From an uncultured Gammaproteobacteria bacterium (GTDB taxonomy: Bacteria; Patescibacteriota; Patescibacteriia; Magasanikbacterales; UBA922), in the NCBI GenBank assembly GCA_965231005.1, contig OZ246405.1, positions 1,095,829 through 1,159,828 of the forward strand: DNA of 64,000 bases. The letters run 5' to 3'. The translations under genes and the position numbers were made by a program. The notes beneath the pieces were generated by a model. The model was given only the letters and a program-made list of their open reading frames with translations. It searched no databases and was not told the origin of the DNA. The first letter of the stretch is position 1. Each line of letters starts with the position of its first letter. Shown in pieces: positions 34,575-44,574 of this stretch.

Positions 34575-34705
34575 GTAATCACAACAAGAACAACAACCCA
34601 CAACAGCGGCACCCTCCTCGGAGGCTCTGCCGCTTTTCTAATTAAAAAAGCTCCAAACCTGTTCAGATCTAAAGCTTTTTCCCCTTTTTCGTTTTTGCTT
34701 GTGTC

Positions 34706-36958
34706 CTATTTTGCACTCAGGCGGACCCTGCACCTCATTGACCAGATTTCTGCTCCAAAGACACTTCTATCCCTTATCGAAGGTTTTTTTCTTGCACCTA
34801 CGATATGCAGATTCAAAATATTTCCTTGTAGTTTTACATGCCCTCTCGGCGAACGAACTATGCCGAGTCCTTCAATCCAATCAGCCTGTGGAAGTCGTAC
34901 ATGGTCAACAATGCGTATCTTCTTTCCTGGCCTGAAACGGTAAAAACGAAGACTGCCAGCAAGCAGTTCAACAATCAAACGACGGTCAGGAATATATGCA
35001 ATATCCACATTTGCAAGTTCTGCTATAGACCGTGCATCCTTGCTCAACATATATGGAAATCCTAACGACTTCCTCAATGGAACAAAGCGGCCATTTTGAT
35101 ATTCTTGTGCGCCTACTCTAAAACCCCAGTCTTTCGATCGGACAACGTAGTATCCTGATCCTGTACTCCGGCTTGACGCTGGGCCAGTTGTGTCAGTGAA
35201 GAACATGTAGTACCACCTACCAATGTGCACAAGCGATGGCTGGCCTGCGCCATATGGATGGACAAGTGTGTTTCCCTGTTGTCTTTTTTGCCATGCATGT
35301 TGCAATCCCCTTTTTGGTGTGTCGTCAACACTAAAGACTTCGAGAACATTGCTCTTGTTCTTTACGACACCAAAGCCATGAGGATGACGCCCTGCCAGTT
35401 CTTCCCACTTCCCTCCTCTCCAAAGATTCTGTTCTATTGCCTTTACAGCACAGTCAGACCAGTGTTTGTTGCATCCTCGTGGAAATTGATACGTGTTGAA
35501 CAAGTGAACGCCATAACCTTGGAATGTCGCACGTACAAATAATTCAATACGTCCTTCTCCGCCTTTTGCCAAAGCAAGTGGTGGATGGAAACTGCGCACA
35601 GAGCCAGGATGATTTGCCACAGATGTATCAACGATCTTTGACCAGTGTTTGTTTTCAAAACGTTGATTCTTGCTTTGTCTGACTGTCCAAATAGTCCCTG
35701 TTCTGGTCAGTGCGAAGAGATGGGCATATCCTTTCTTACCCTGGATAGCCTGCACGTCGGTAGGTTTGTTTGGTACTTTGATTCTCTGCCAAGGTCTACT
35801 CCACTGCCTAGCCCAGCGACTGCCCGCAGGCCGGTTTCGGACTTTGTAATAGATGTGCCCATTTGTTCCTGTAAGTCCAAACAGAACAATACTATTACTA
35901 TTTCCAGGAGCATCTGGAACAATGCCAGAACAAACACGTGGTGAATGAAAGAAAAGAGCTTTCTGCTTAGGAACTGGGAGCAATCCCTGCCGTAGCATAC
36001 TCTCTTCCCTACCAAAAATCTGACCTGACCAAGTGCCGAACACATACACCTTTCCGTGCGCGTCGCTGTGAGCAACAACATCATGAATCGGAGAACCAAC
36101 AACATTCCAAGCGTCCTTGAACTGAAGCTTCCTTGCATGTCCAGGACTGTATGGATTTTGCCAGTTTGTGTACAGCGTGTTTGTACCCTTCTTGACTGCA
36201 TAGGCTTGGATACGACCATGCGAATGCTGTTTGTCTTGCCATGTTGCGAGTGCAAAATCACTTGCAAAAAAATTCTTTCGGATGTCACCAACATAGTGTG
36301 GACGTCTCTCCCACTTGCCAGATTCATCTCGTTGAAAGTAATGCAAGCGACTGTCTGCACTCAAACTGAATACAGCAACATCTTGCCAGACACGATCGCG
36401 CTGCGGATTGTAATGCTTCATCAGAGTTGCGACAAGTGGTGCATGATGCGTACCACCCAATCCAGCATGCCATGATGTCCACCCACCGTGCCCTTCAATC
36501 GTAGGTTGGTGACCTCGATTGAGAACTCGCTTGAAATGAAGGCTATTCGTTCTTCTTGCAATCCCGATCTTTGTTCCAGGGCCAAAGTTGTATCCACCAT
36601 ATGCCATGATGTATCCGGTCTTGCTAGTCGCAATTACACTCGGGTCACATGTGTGCATCCCGTCAAAGTGGCTCTTACTCGTTCTTTTTGTTGATCCAAA
36701 AACACGAACAGGGTTTGTCCACTTTTGTCCAGCATTCTTCTTGCTAAAACAGATCGCATCACCACTGTTTTCGCAGCACCACCACATTTTCAAGACGTTT
36801 CCGTCCCTCATGATAGTTGGTGCATACTGATATGCGGAAAACGACTTGTGAACTAGGACTGGTTTGTCACAGCCGAGAAGCTGGAAAATAGTCTCAGATT
36901 CCTGTGTCCACCCAAGCTGAGTGCTAAAGAGTATGAACAAAAAAAGTACTCGGTTCAT
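34706..36958 (-). CDS. large secreted hypothetical protein (possible beta-propeller)
   Basis: 749-756 aa; signal peptide MNRVLFLFILFSTQLGW; Trp/Gly-rich repeats; start preceded by AAGGGGGA SD shared with other GC-rich genes. Confidence 0.4.
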   Translation of the reverse strand: MNRVLFLFILFSTQLGWTQESETIFQLLGCDKPVLVHKSFSAYQYAPTIMRDGNVLKMWWCCENSGDAICFSKKNAGQKWTNPVRVFGSTKRTSKSHFDGMHTCDPSVIATSKTGYIMAYGGYNFGPGTKIGIARRTNSLHFKRVLNRGHQPTIEGHGGWTSWHAGLGGTHHAPLVATLMKHYNPQRDRVWQDVAVFSLSADSRLHYFQRDESGKWERRPHYVGDIRKNFFASDFALATWQDKQHSHGRIQAYAVKKGTNTLYTNWQNPYSPGHARKLQFKDAWNVVGSPIHDVVAHSDAHGKVYVFGTWSGQIFGREESMLRQGLLPVPKQKALFFHSPRVCSGIVPDAPGNSNSIVLFGLTGTNGHIYYKVRNRPAGSRWARQWSRPWQRIKVPNKPTDVQAIQGKKGYAHLFALTRTGTIWTVRQSKNQRFENKHWSKIVDTSVANHPGSVRSFHPPLALAKGGEGRIELFVRATFQGYGVHLFNTYQFPRGCNKHWSDCAVKAIEQNLWRGGKWEELAGRHPHGFGVVKNKSNVLEVFSVDDTPKRGLQHAWQKRQQGNTLVHPYGAGQPSLVHIGRWYYMFFTDTTGPASSRSTGSGYYVVRSKDWGFRVGAQEYQNGRFVPLRKSLGFPYMLSKDARSIAELANVDIAYIPDRRLIVELLAGSLRFYRFRPGKKIRIVDHVRLPQADWIEGLGIVRSPRGHVKLQGNILNLHIVGARKKPSIRDRSVFGAEIWSMRCRVRLSAK

Positions 36959-37134
36959 CATGTCCCCCTTTTTCATGAATGACCTTTACACCTTAGCAGA
37001 ACAGAAAGAGAAAATCCAATCTGAAAACTTTATAAAAAATTCATACTTTATTTGTAACAATTTCAATAGATATTCTTCCTTTTTAAAAGAATATCACCCA
37101 ACCAACCGCTCATTCACAATACAAGGGGGAAACC

Positions 37135-40100
37135 ATGAAAACCAGACTGTTCATTGCAGCATGTATTGCGCTGCATATCTGGGGCTGTTCAAACGGCGAA
37201 CACGAAAACGAAGCAGATGCAAAGGCTGACTTTGTCATTGGCGAAACAGCAAAAGGTGCCTGTGACGACAAAGAGCTGCCGAACAATACCAGAACCATCT
37301 TGAGCAAGTACTGCGCGGACTGTCATGGTCCGAACAGCGGGAAGCTCGGTGGATTTGGTACAGTGCTCGATGCAAAGGCAATGACGATTGGCGACAACGC
37401 GCTGGTAAAAGCTGGCAAGGTTGCTGAATCACGTCTGTTTACGAAGCTGAAAGCTGCTGGCGGGAACATGCCACTAAGTGCAGATGATCTGAGCAAGGAC
37501 GAAGTCGACACGCTGCGCGACTGGATTAACTGCGGCGCAGAGAGCTGGGACGAAGAATGCACAAGGAAATTTATTTCCAATGAAGAAATGCACAAGATAA
37601 TGGCAGATGACCTTAGCAGCCTTGCTGCTGAAGAACGGAAGAACATCCGCTATATCACACTCACGCACCTGTACAACGCATGTGTCAACCGAGACCAGCT
37701 GGATATCTATCGAACTGGCATTAGCAAACTCGTAAACAGCCTGAGCTGGACAAAGGGCATTTTCAAACCAGTTCCAGTAGGTAAATTCGGAACGATCTAC
37801 CGAATCAACCTGAGTCTGTATGGTTGGCTTCCAGGACAAACAAGCGAAAAAGGCATGTGGGAGCTCATTGAAAAGGCATATCCATACGGCTTTAAGGTTG
37901 AAAAAGGCATTGACAACGATTTTTCAGAGGTTGTAAGTCAGACCAAAACGAATACACCATACGTGCACGCTGATTGGTTTGCAAACCGTGCTGGAAAACC
38001 TCCACTCTATCACGCCCTGCTGAATCTTCCATTGACTGACACTGAGCTTGAAAAGGACTTCTTGAGTGTCGATGTTTTGTCGAATATCAAAAAGACAGAG
38101 CAAGGCAACAAAAACGCTTCTACGCGAGTAATCCGTGCTGCTGTACAAGATTCTGGTGTTTCAAACCACAACCGCATGATCGAACGTCATAAGTCAAAAT
38201 ATGGCTGGTACTGGAAAAGTTATGACTTTGCTGGCAGTGTTGGCAAGCAAGACCTTGAGCAAAATCCGCTCGGTCCAAACGAGACACCAGTAACTTTCGA
38301 ACATGATGGCGGTGAGATGATTTTCACGCTCCCAAATGGCCTTGATGGCTACTTGGTGACGAATGCTGCAAGTTGCAGGATCGACGTGGCACCAACTGCC
38401 ATTGTTTCTGATCCAAAAAGCCAGGACAAGGCTGTGCGTCCAGGAAGTTCTTGCATGGGCTGCCACTACAAGGGCAAAATTCCAGCTGCGGACTTTGTGC
38501 GTGATTCAATTACGAGCAAGAAGCAACAGTTTATCACCGAACATGGCCAGAAAGCATTTCAGGCGGTTTTGAACCTCTATCCGCCGAAAAAGGAGTTTTC
38601 TGCAGCGATCAATCAAGAGCAACAGGATTTCCTGAAACAGTTGGCGCTTGCTGGCGTTGATCCATCAAAGGATGAACCAGTCTCTGCACTGGCAAATTCG
38701 TTTGAAGATCAACTCGACAAGGTAAAGATCGCAGCAACGCTTGGAATTGATCCCAAGGAAATTGAAAACTTCCTCAAGTTCGACGCTGTAGCAAGTAGCC
38801 TGATCGGCTCAGTGCGTAAAGATGGTGAGACCATCCCACGAGACAAGTTCTGCACATACTTCTCTGCGATTCTGAACCAGAAGAATGGCACGTTCGCTGG
38901 CTACACACCACTGGCAGATGTAAAAGTTTGCCAGCCACCAAAAGACGTTGCTGGCTGTCTCCAAAACGAGTGCCTGAAAGATGCTGACTGCAATAGCAAA
39001 GACGAATGCACTGTTGGGAGCTGCAACATACAAAAAGGATGCGTGTTTACGCCTATTGCGAAGATATGCGATGATGGAAATCAGTGCACCACAGACAAAT
39101 GCATAACTGGAACTCCAAAAAAATGCACACATACACCTACTCCGAATGCAAGCTGCAATGCAGACAACAACGTTTGCACCAAGTTTGACTCGTGTTCGGA
39201 CAGCGGAGTTTGCAAAGCAGGAGAGCAAAAAGTCTGCCCAAAGCCAGTGAATCCATGTGAAAAACAAAAATGCGATTCGAAAATCGGCTGTGCAGTTGAC
39301 ATCTTGCCAAATGGGACAAGCTGCCCAGGTGGTCTTTGCCACTCTGGAAAGTGCGTACTAGCTGCAAAGCAAATAAGTGCAGGAGACCTTTTCACATGTG
39401 CAGTAACACTGAACGACACTGTTGTCTGCTGGGGTCTAAACAAATTTGGTCAGCTGGGAAATGGTTCAAAAGTGCTAAACACCTCAGTACCTGTTCATGT
39501 GAAGGGACTCACCAACGTAGAAAGCGTATCTGCTGGTGTATCACATGCTTGTGCTATTAAAAAGGACAAGACCCTGTGGTGCTGGGGTTTTAACAACTAT
39601 GGTCAACTCTCAGTGGGAAGCAACAAGGGCAGTCCAATACCAGTGAATATTCCATCTATGAAGGTAAATCAAGTTGGGATTGGAAATTCTCATACCTGCG
39701 CGCTAAACACCACCGGCTCTGTATACTGCTGGGGTGACAATTCCTACGGACAACTTGGCACAGATACGAAGGTGCTCAAAAACTCCCATAAGCCTGTCCT
39801 TGCGAGCAGTGGAATCGAACAAATAGCACTTGGTCCTCAACATTCTTGTGCCATTCAGTCTAGTAATGGCGTCTCCTGCTGGGGACGTAATCAATACGGA
39901 CAACTCGGCAATGGAAGTAAGGATGATACTCACATCACCTACAAGTGGAAAAATCTCGCTCTTCCTACATTTATTGATGCTGGATACCTAAATACCTGCG
40001 CAATAAAAAGTAATTCGTCGCTTTACTGTTGGGGAAGCAACATCCATGGAAAACTTGGTGTAGGGAGTACCAAGGCTGGCGAGGTGCTTACTCACGTCCT

Positions 40101-40428
40101 TGCAACCGCAGTTCCTACTGATGTGACAGACGTAAGTATTGGCCGACATCATGTGTGCGTGAAGACCAAAAAGAACAAATTCCATTGCTGGGGAAGCAAC
40201 AAAGATGGACAAGTAGGTTTCAATCCTCAATTCATTCACAAAAAGGAATTCCTCTTCCCACTGGCCATGGGATCTGGTAAACAGATATCGACTCGAAATT
40301 CACATACGTGTGCAATCATGGATGATAAGACGGTAAAGTGCTGGGGATTCAACTCTCTTGGACAAATAGGACACGGGAAAACAGGGGGAAGTGTTATAGG
40401 GCCGGTCCACGTATTGCCTCCGAAGTGA
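37135..40428 (+). CDS. giant lipoprotein: N-terminal CxxCH motif region, Myxococcus-type cysteine-rich repeats, seven C-terminal RCC1 repeats
   Basis: Lipobox IWGCS; YCADCHGP (heme-binding-like CxxCH); CxDGNxCTxDKC-type repeats (CDDGNQCTTDKC etc.); RCC1 blades (…CWGxNxxGQLGxG… seven times). Confidence 0.6.
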   Translation: MKTRLFIAACIALHIWGCSNGEHENEADAKADFVIGETAKGACDDKELPNNTRTILSKYCADCHGPNSGKLGGFGTVLDAKAMTIGDNALVKAGKVAESRLFTKLKAAGGNMPLSADDLSKDEVDTLRDWINCGAESWDEECTRKFISNEEMHKIMADDLSSLAAEERKNIRYITLTHLYNACVNRDQLDIYRTGISKLVNSLSWTKGIFKPVPVGKFGTIYRINLSLYGWLPGQTSEKGMWELIEKAYPYGFKVEKGIDNDFSEVVSQTKTNTPYVHADWFANRAGKPPLYHALLNLPLTDTELEKDFLSVDVLSNIKKTEQGNKNASTRVIRAAVQDSGVSNHNRMIERHKSKYGWYWKSYDFAGSVGKQDLEQNPLGPNETPVTFEHDGGEMIFTLPNGLDGYLVTNAASCRIDVAPTAIVSDPKSQDKAVRPGSSCMGCHYKGKIPAADFVRDSITSKKQQFITEHGQKAFQAVLNLYPPKKEFSAAINQEQQDFLKQLALAGVDPSKDEPVSALANSFEDQLDKVKIAATLGIDPKEIENFLKFDAVASSLIGSVRKDGETIPRDKFCTYFSAILNQKNGTFAGYTPLADVKVCQPPKDVAGCLQNECLKDADCNSKDECTVGSCNIQKGCVFTPIAKICDDGNQCTTDKCITGTPKKCTHTPTPNASCNADNNVCTKFDSCSDSGVCKAGEQKVCPKPVNPCEKQKCDSKIGCAVDILPNGTSCPGGLCHSGKCVLAAKQISAGDLFTCAVTLNDTVVCWGLNKFGQLGNGSKVLNTSVPVHVKGLTNVESVSAGVSHACAIKKDKTLWCWGFNNYGQLSVGSNKGSPIPVNIPSMKVNQVGIGNSHTCALNTTGSVYCWGDNSYGQLGTDTKVLKNSHKPVLASSGIEQIALGPQHSCAIQSSNGVSCWGRNQYGQLGNGSKDDTHITYKWKNLALPTFIDAGYLNTCAIKSNSSLYCWGSNIHGKLGVGSTKAGEVLTHVLATAVPTDVTDVSIGRHHVCVKTKKNKFHCWGSNKDGQVGFNPQFIHKKEFLFPLAMGSGKQISTRNSHTCAIMDDKTVKCWGFNSLGQIGHGKTGGSVIGPVHVLPPK

Positions 40429-40612
40429 AGATCAAGTAGCACACCACGCTCACGCGTTGTGCGCTCAACCAAACGAACGTGGACGACTGTTGCTTTTCGA
40501 AGCGACGGTCGTCCACTTTTTAATTTGATAAAAACTTTATATTCCATAATTGACAAAAATGGAAAAAAGCACTTATAGTTAAACTACAGAACTCAAACCA
40601 AGGGGGAAACCA

Positions 40613-42223
40613 ATGAAGAACGCTGTTCTTTTTACAATCTGCTGCCTACTTTTGACGCTCGGACCGAGCTGCAGCTCAAATAATCCAGTTTGCGACTTGG
40701 GTGATGTTGAGTGCAGAAGCGGTGGAAGGATGTTTTTTTGTAGAGTCTCGACAACTTCCAATGGAAACTTTTGGAAGTTTTCCCACACCTGTTCATCCAA
40801 GAAGTGCAAAAGTGCAACAACGTGCGCACCGAAGTCAACCAAAAAAGACGCAGGATCAACCCAAAAGCAGGACGGAAAAAGCACTGCAAAATACTGCGGT
40901 GACAGCATCTGTGAAACAAACGAAAGCTGCGAAACTTGCCCAAAGGACTGTGGAAAGTGTAAACCAAAATGCGGCGACGGAACATGCAACGGTCAAACAG
41001 AAAATTGCGCTGTCTGCCCACAAGACTGCAAGTGCAAGTCAGGAACCAAATGCAACAAAGCAAAAGGCATTCAAGCCTGCGTCTACGATCCAAAGTGCGG
41101 CAATGGGAAATGCGACGGTCAAACAGAAAACTGTTTCAACTGTTCCAAGGACTGCAAGTGTTCTAGTGGACAAATCTGCAGTCCGAAAAAACAAAGCTGC
41201 GTCAAACCATATTGTGGAGATGGTCTTTGCCGATCTTCTGATGGTGAACGGTGCTACAACTGCGAAGTAGATTGCAAATGCAGCTCGAGCTTGGTCTGCA
41301 GTAAGTCAAAGGGTGGATGCTGCAAACAAAAGACCTGTTCAAGCTATCCCAAAGGAATATGTGGAATCCAGTCAGATGGCTGTGACAGTACCATTTCCTG
41401 TGGATGCCCAAAGAACTATGTCTGTGGTCATAACAAGTGCAAGCTAAACTGTTCAGCACTCTGCAAAAACAAATGCGGTAAGCTGAGCAATGGCTGTAAC
41501 TGCGGCTCTTGTGGATACAACTCACTTTGCATCGGGAATGTTTGTAAATCATGCAAACCACTGTGCACTGGAAAATGCGGGAACTTTCTCGGCTGCAATT
41601 GTAGTATCTACAAAAAGTGTTCAAAGTGGTACCTCTGTGTACAAAACCAGTGCGTCAACTGCCAAGAGCTTTGCCTATTCAAAAACAAGTGGTGTGGTAA
41701 CTTCAGTGCTTGCGGCACCAACAAAAACTGCGTAAACAGCAAGTGCTCAAGTGGATACGTCTGCAAGTCAAACAAATGCACCAAAAAACCACCAGAGTGT
41801 TCGGGCGGTGCAGGCTGTGCCCCAGAAAAACTCTGCTGTGGCGGCAAGTGTAAACTTGCAAAGTTGCAGGACGACTACGGAAAGAACTGGATGTCCGCAA
41901 AGAGTGCATACTACAAGCAGACCATTTCAGGACAACTTTACCCATCCTCTGATGTTGACCTTTTTCAGGTAAAAGCGACTCTCTCTGCAAATGGAAAGAG
42001 CGTAATTCCAATTAAGTTAAAGTTCAACGGACCAGGACTGAACTGCACATTGAAGCGCAAGAAATATGGACCGAATAGTCCAGTAACGTACGCATCGTGC
42101 AACTACGCAAAGGCCTTTACTCCTCAGTGGGGATCAGGAAATGGCTACTACTACTATGTGGAGATTAGGAGCCAAAGCTCTTCTAAAAAAGGCTGCTGGA
42201 CACTGCAGGTCGTGAAAGGATAG
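40613..42223 (+). CDS. secreted cysteine-rich repeat protein with PPC-like C-terminal domain
   Basis: Signal peptide; three tandem about 42-aa repeats CGDGTCNGQTENCAVCPQDCKC / CGNGKCDGQTENCFNCSKDCKC / CGDGLCRSSDGERCYNCEVDCKC; many further CxxC units; C-term …SSDVDLFQVKA… beta-sandwich-like. Confidence 0.55.
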   Translation: MKNAVLFTICCLLLTLGPSCSSNNPVCDLGDVECRSGGRMFFCRVSTTSNGNFWKFSHTCSSKKCKSATTCAPKSTKKDAGSTQKQDGKSTAKYCGDSICETNESCETCPKDCGKCKPKCGDGTCNGQTENCAVCPQDCKCKSGTKCNKAKGIQACVYDPKCGNGKCDGQTENCFNCSKDCKCSSGQICSPKKQSCVKPYCGDGLCRSSDGERCYNCEVDCKCSSSLVCSKSKGGCCKQKTCSSYPKGICGIQSDGCDSTISCGCPKNYVCGHNKCKLNCSALCKNKCGKLSNGCNCGSCGYNSLCIGNVCKSCKPLCTGKCGNFLGCNCSIYKKCSKWYLCVQNQCVNCQELCLFKNKWCGNFSACGTNKNCVNSKCSSGYVCKSNKCTKKPPECSGGAGCAPEKLCCGGKCKLAKLQDDYGKNWMSAKSAYYKQTISGQLYPSSDVDLFQVKATLSANGKSVIPIKLKFNGPGLNCTLKRKKYGPNSPVTYASCNYAKAFTPQWGSGNGYYYYVEIRSQSSSKKGCWTLQVVKG

Positions 42224-42354
42224 ATCGCCCAAAAAATCAAACAAGGAGAAGAAAACACCAACGGTTCTGTCTTGGCAGAGCCAATGGTGTTTTTTCTTGT
42301 CAAAATATAAAAATCAAGGCATACTTGAGTAAGTTATTTTAGTAATTCCAACAT

Positions 42355-42825
42355 ATGGCAATAACAGCAAAGAAAAAAAGACAAGCTGCTGCCCAACGTG
42401 CAGCTCAGCCGAAAAAAATTTCAGAAAAAACAAAAAAATTTAACAAAGATAGTGCAGAAGAATTTTTACAAGCTGCAAGAGATGGACAGCCTTGGAAGCT
42501 CTCTTCAATTTGGCGGGTACGAAACTATTTAAAAAATGGAGGCCTTAACACAAAAGATATTGGAACAACAGAAGATGAACTCAAAGCCTTAAAAGAAAAA
42601 CTCATTAAAGAAGGAACAAAAAAAATGGAACAAGTCAGGCAGAACAAAGACGCAAGCCTTCTGGCAATTCTATCTGTCGATTTAAAAGAAGCAGGATATG
42701 ATCCTGAACTCATAGGGTCAACTGCCGCTGAGATGGATGAACTTAAAAGGGAATTTATTGAGAAAGAAGACAGAGAAAGAGAACAAAGGGAAAAAACAAG
42801 AGAAGGAGGAAGTGCTCGAAGATAA
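42355..42825 (+). CDS. hypothetical charged coiled-coil protein (host-like low GC)
   Basis: 156 aa, Lys/Glu-rich; low-GC codon usage unlike neighbours. Confidence 0.4.
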   Translation: MAITAKKKRQAAAQRAAQPKKISEKTKKFNKDSAEEFLQAARDGQPWKLSSIWRVRNYLKNGGLNTKDIGTTEDELKALKEKLIKEGTKKMEQVRQNKDASLLAILSVDLKEAGYDPELIGSTAAEMDELKREFIEKEDREREQREKTREGGSARR

Positions 42826-42849
42826 TAGAAAAAATACAGTATTGTAATG

Positions 42850-42880
42850 AAAAATCCCTTATTTATAGGGATTTTTTTCT
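42850..42880. terminator. rho-independent terminator
   Basis: aaatccct-tatttat-agggattt followed by ttttt. Confidence 0.5.
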
Positions 42881-42978
42881 TAAAAAGGAAGAAAGACGTT
42901 ATTGACCTTGACAAATCATTCAATTATGCTATAGTTAGCAGTCCACTTTTTGCTCAAAAAAAACCTGAGTTAACAGTA

Positions 42979-42997
42979 TTTTTGGAGTCTCCAAAAA
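42979..42997. promoter_or_regulatory. 19-bp palindrome tttttggag-t-ctccaaaaa (operator-like) upstream of 43138 gene
   Basis: Perfect 9-bp inverted repeat with 1-nt centre, flanked by gttaac on both sides. Confidence 0.3.
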
Positions 42998-43137
42998 CGT
43001 TGTTAACTCATGTTGCCGCTCGGCGATATGGGTCGCTTGCACAGGTTCACTGTGTAGGCATTTGAACACTACAACATAGGATCAGCTACTCCAGTCCTGT
43101 CCGGACTTGGAAAAGCACAGCTTCAAAGGGGGACCTC

Positions 43138-44463
43138 ATGAAGACAATCACCTTGATCGCAGCACTGACCTGCGCAATGATCATGGGCTGTACAGACAGC
43201 AGCAGTGTGGATGGCGACAGCTCGTCGAGTGCGAAGATCGACGGAGGATCAAGCGACGGTCACGTTTTCAACCCAGAAGACAGTGGCACCATCGACCAGA
43301 ACGATGCCGGCGAAAAGCAACCTGACCCGGGCGAATTCAAGTGGCCGTGCAAGGATCATGGCGACTGCGACAGCGGCCTTTGCGTTGACACACGGGGCGG
43401 TATGAAGTGCACCAAGACCTGCGTCAATGAATGTCCTGTTGGCTACGCTTGCAAGATAATCCAAGCGCCGGGTGGTGACAATGTGAATGCCTGTATCGAC
43501 GCGTTTCTGAACCTGTGCAAGCCGTGCACCAAGCACACCGAATGTGGTAAGAACAACAAATGCGTATCATGGGGCAAGGATGGCAGTTTCTGCGGACACT
43601 TGTGCTCGCTGGACAGCCACTGCCTCGCAGGCTACTCATGCCAAGACGCAGTGGACAAGGACGGCAAGGCCCTTGGCAAGCAGTGCAAACCCAAAAACGG
43701 CCAGTGCAAGTGCAGTCAGTTCGCGATCAACAACGAAGCCGAGACCGAGTGCTCGGACAAGGAAAAGTTCGCAAGCTGCAATGGTACGCGCAAGTGCACC
43801 ACTGGCGGTTTGACCGCATGCGACTTCGACAAGAAGGCAGAGCTTTGCAACAACCTTGACGACGATTGCGACGGCCAGACCGACGAAGAGCTGTGCGACG
43901 ACGGCAAGGAGTGCACGGTCGACAAATGCAAAGGCGGCACCTGCAGCAACGCACCCAAGACCGGCGGCTGCCAGTTCTCGAGCAAGTGCTTTACAGGCTA
44001 CTGCTCTGCAGGCGAATGCCTCAAGGGCAAGCTGGTGAAGTGCGACGACGGCAACCCCTGCACAAAGGACTACTGCGACAACAGCACAGGCTGTGAGAAC
44101 AAGCCAGACTCAGGCCAGAAGTGCGACGAAGACGGCAACCAGTGCACCACAGACGTTTGCAAGGACGGCAAGTGCAAGCACATCGGACACAGCAAGAAGT
44201 GCGACGATGACAACAAGTGCACCTTGGACGAAAAGTGCGAGCCGACCAAAGCAACATGCTCGGTGGTCACCAAGTTCAAGAACTGCCAAGACGGCAACGT
44301 CTGCACCGATGACCTGTGCAATCCCAAGACCGGCTGCTACACAACCCCTGCAAAGGATCCGGACGCGGCCAACGGCTGTCCCATCAACTTGCAGAAATGC
44401 CAGAAGAAGGTCTGCGCAGGTGGTGGTATCTGCAGCTCGGCTCCCATTCCTGGCTGCAAGTAG
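43138..44463 (+). CDS. cysteine-rich repeat lipoprotein (Myxococcus-type CxDGNxCTxDxC repeats)
   Basis: Lipobox IMGCT; repeats CDDGKECTVDKC, CDDGNPCTKDYC, CDEDGNQCTTDVC, CDDDNKCTLDEKC, CQDGNVCTDDLC; strongly GC-rich; AAGGGGGA SD. Confidence 0.55.
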   Translation: MKTITLIAALTCAMIMGCTDSSSVDGDSSSSAKIDGGSSDGHVFNPEDSGTIDQNDAGEKQPDPGEFKWPCKDHGDCDSGLCVDTRGGMKCTKTCVNECPVGYACKIIQAPGGDNVNACIDAFLNLCKPCTKHTECGKNNKCVSWGKDGSFCGHLCSLDSHCLAGYSCQDAVDKDGKALGKQCKPKNGQCKCSQFAINNEAETECSDKEKFASCNGTRKCTTGGLTACDFDKKAELCNNLDDDCDGQTDEELCDDGKECTVDKCKGGTCSNAPKTGGCQFSSKCFTGYCSAGECLKGKLVKCDDGNPCTKDYCDNSTGCENKPDSGQKCDEDGNQCTTDVCKDGKCKHIGHSKKCDDDNKCTLDEKCEPTKATCSVVTKFKNCQDGNVCTDDLCNPKTGCYTTPAKDPDAANGCPINLQKCQKKVCAGGGICSSAPIPGCK

Positions 44464-44574
44464 CTTCCCCAAACGATCCTATGTGTAGTGAACCCCACTT
44501 CGACCTGCTGGTCGGGGTGGGGTTCTATCTTTCTTACTCATTTTTTGCTATGATTAGTCAGAAATATAGAAACT

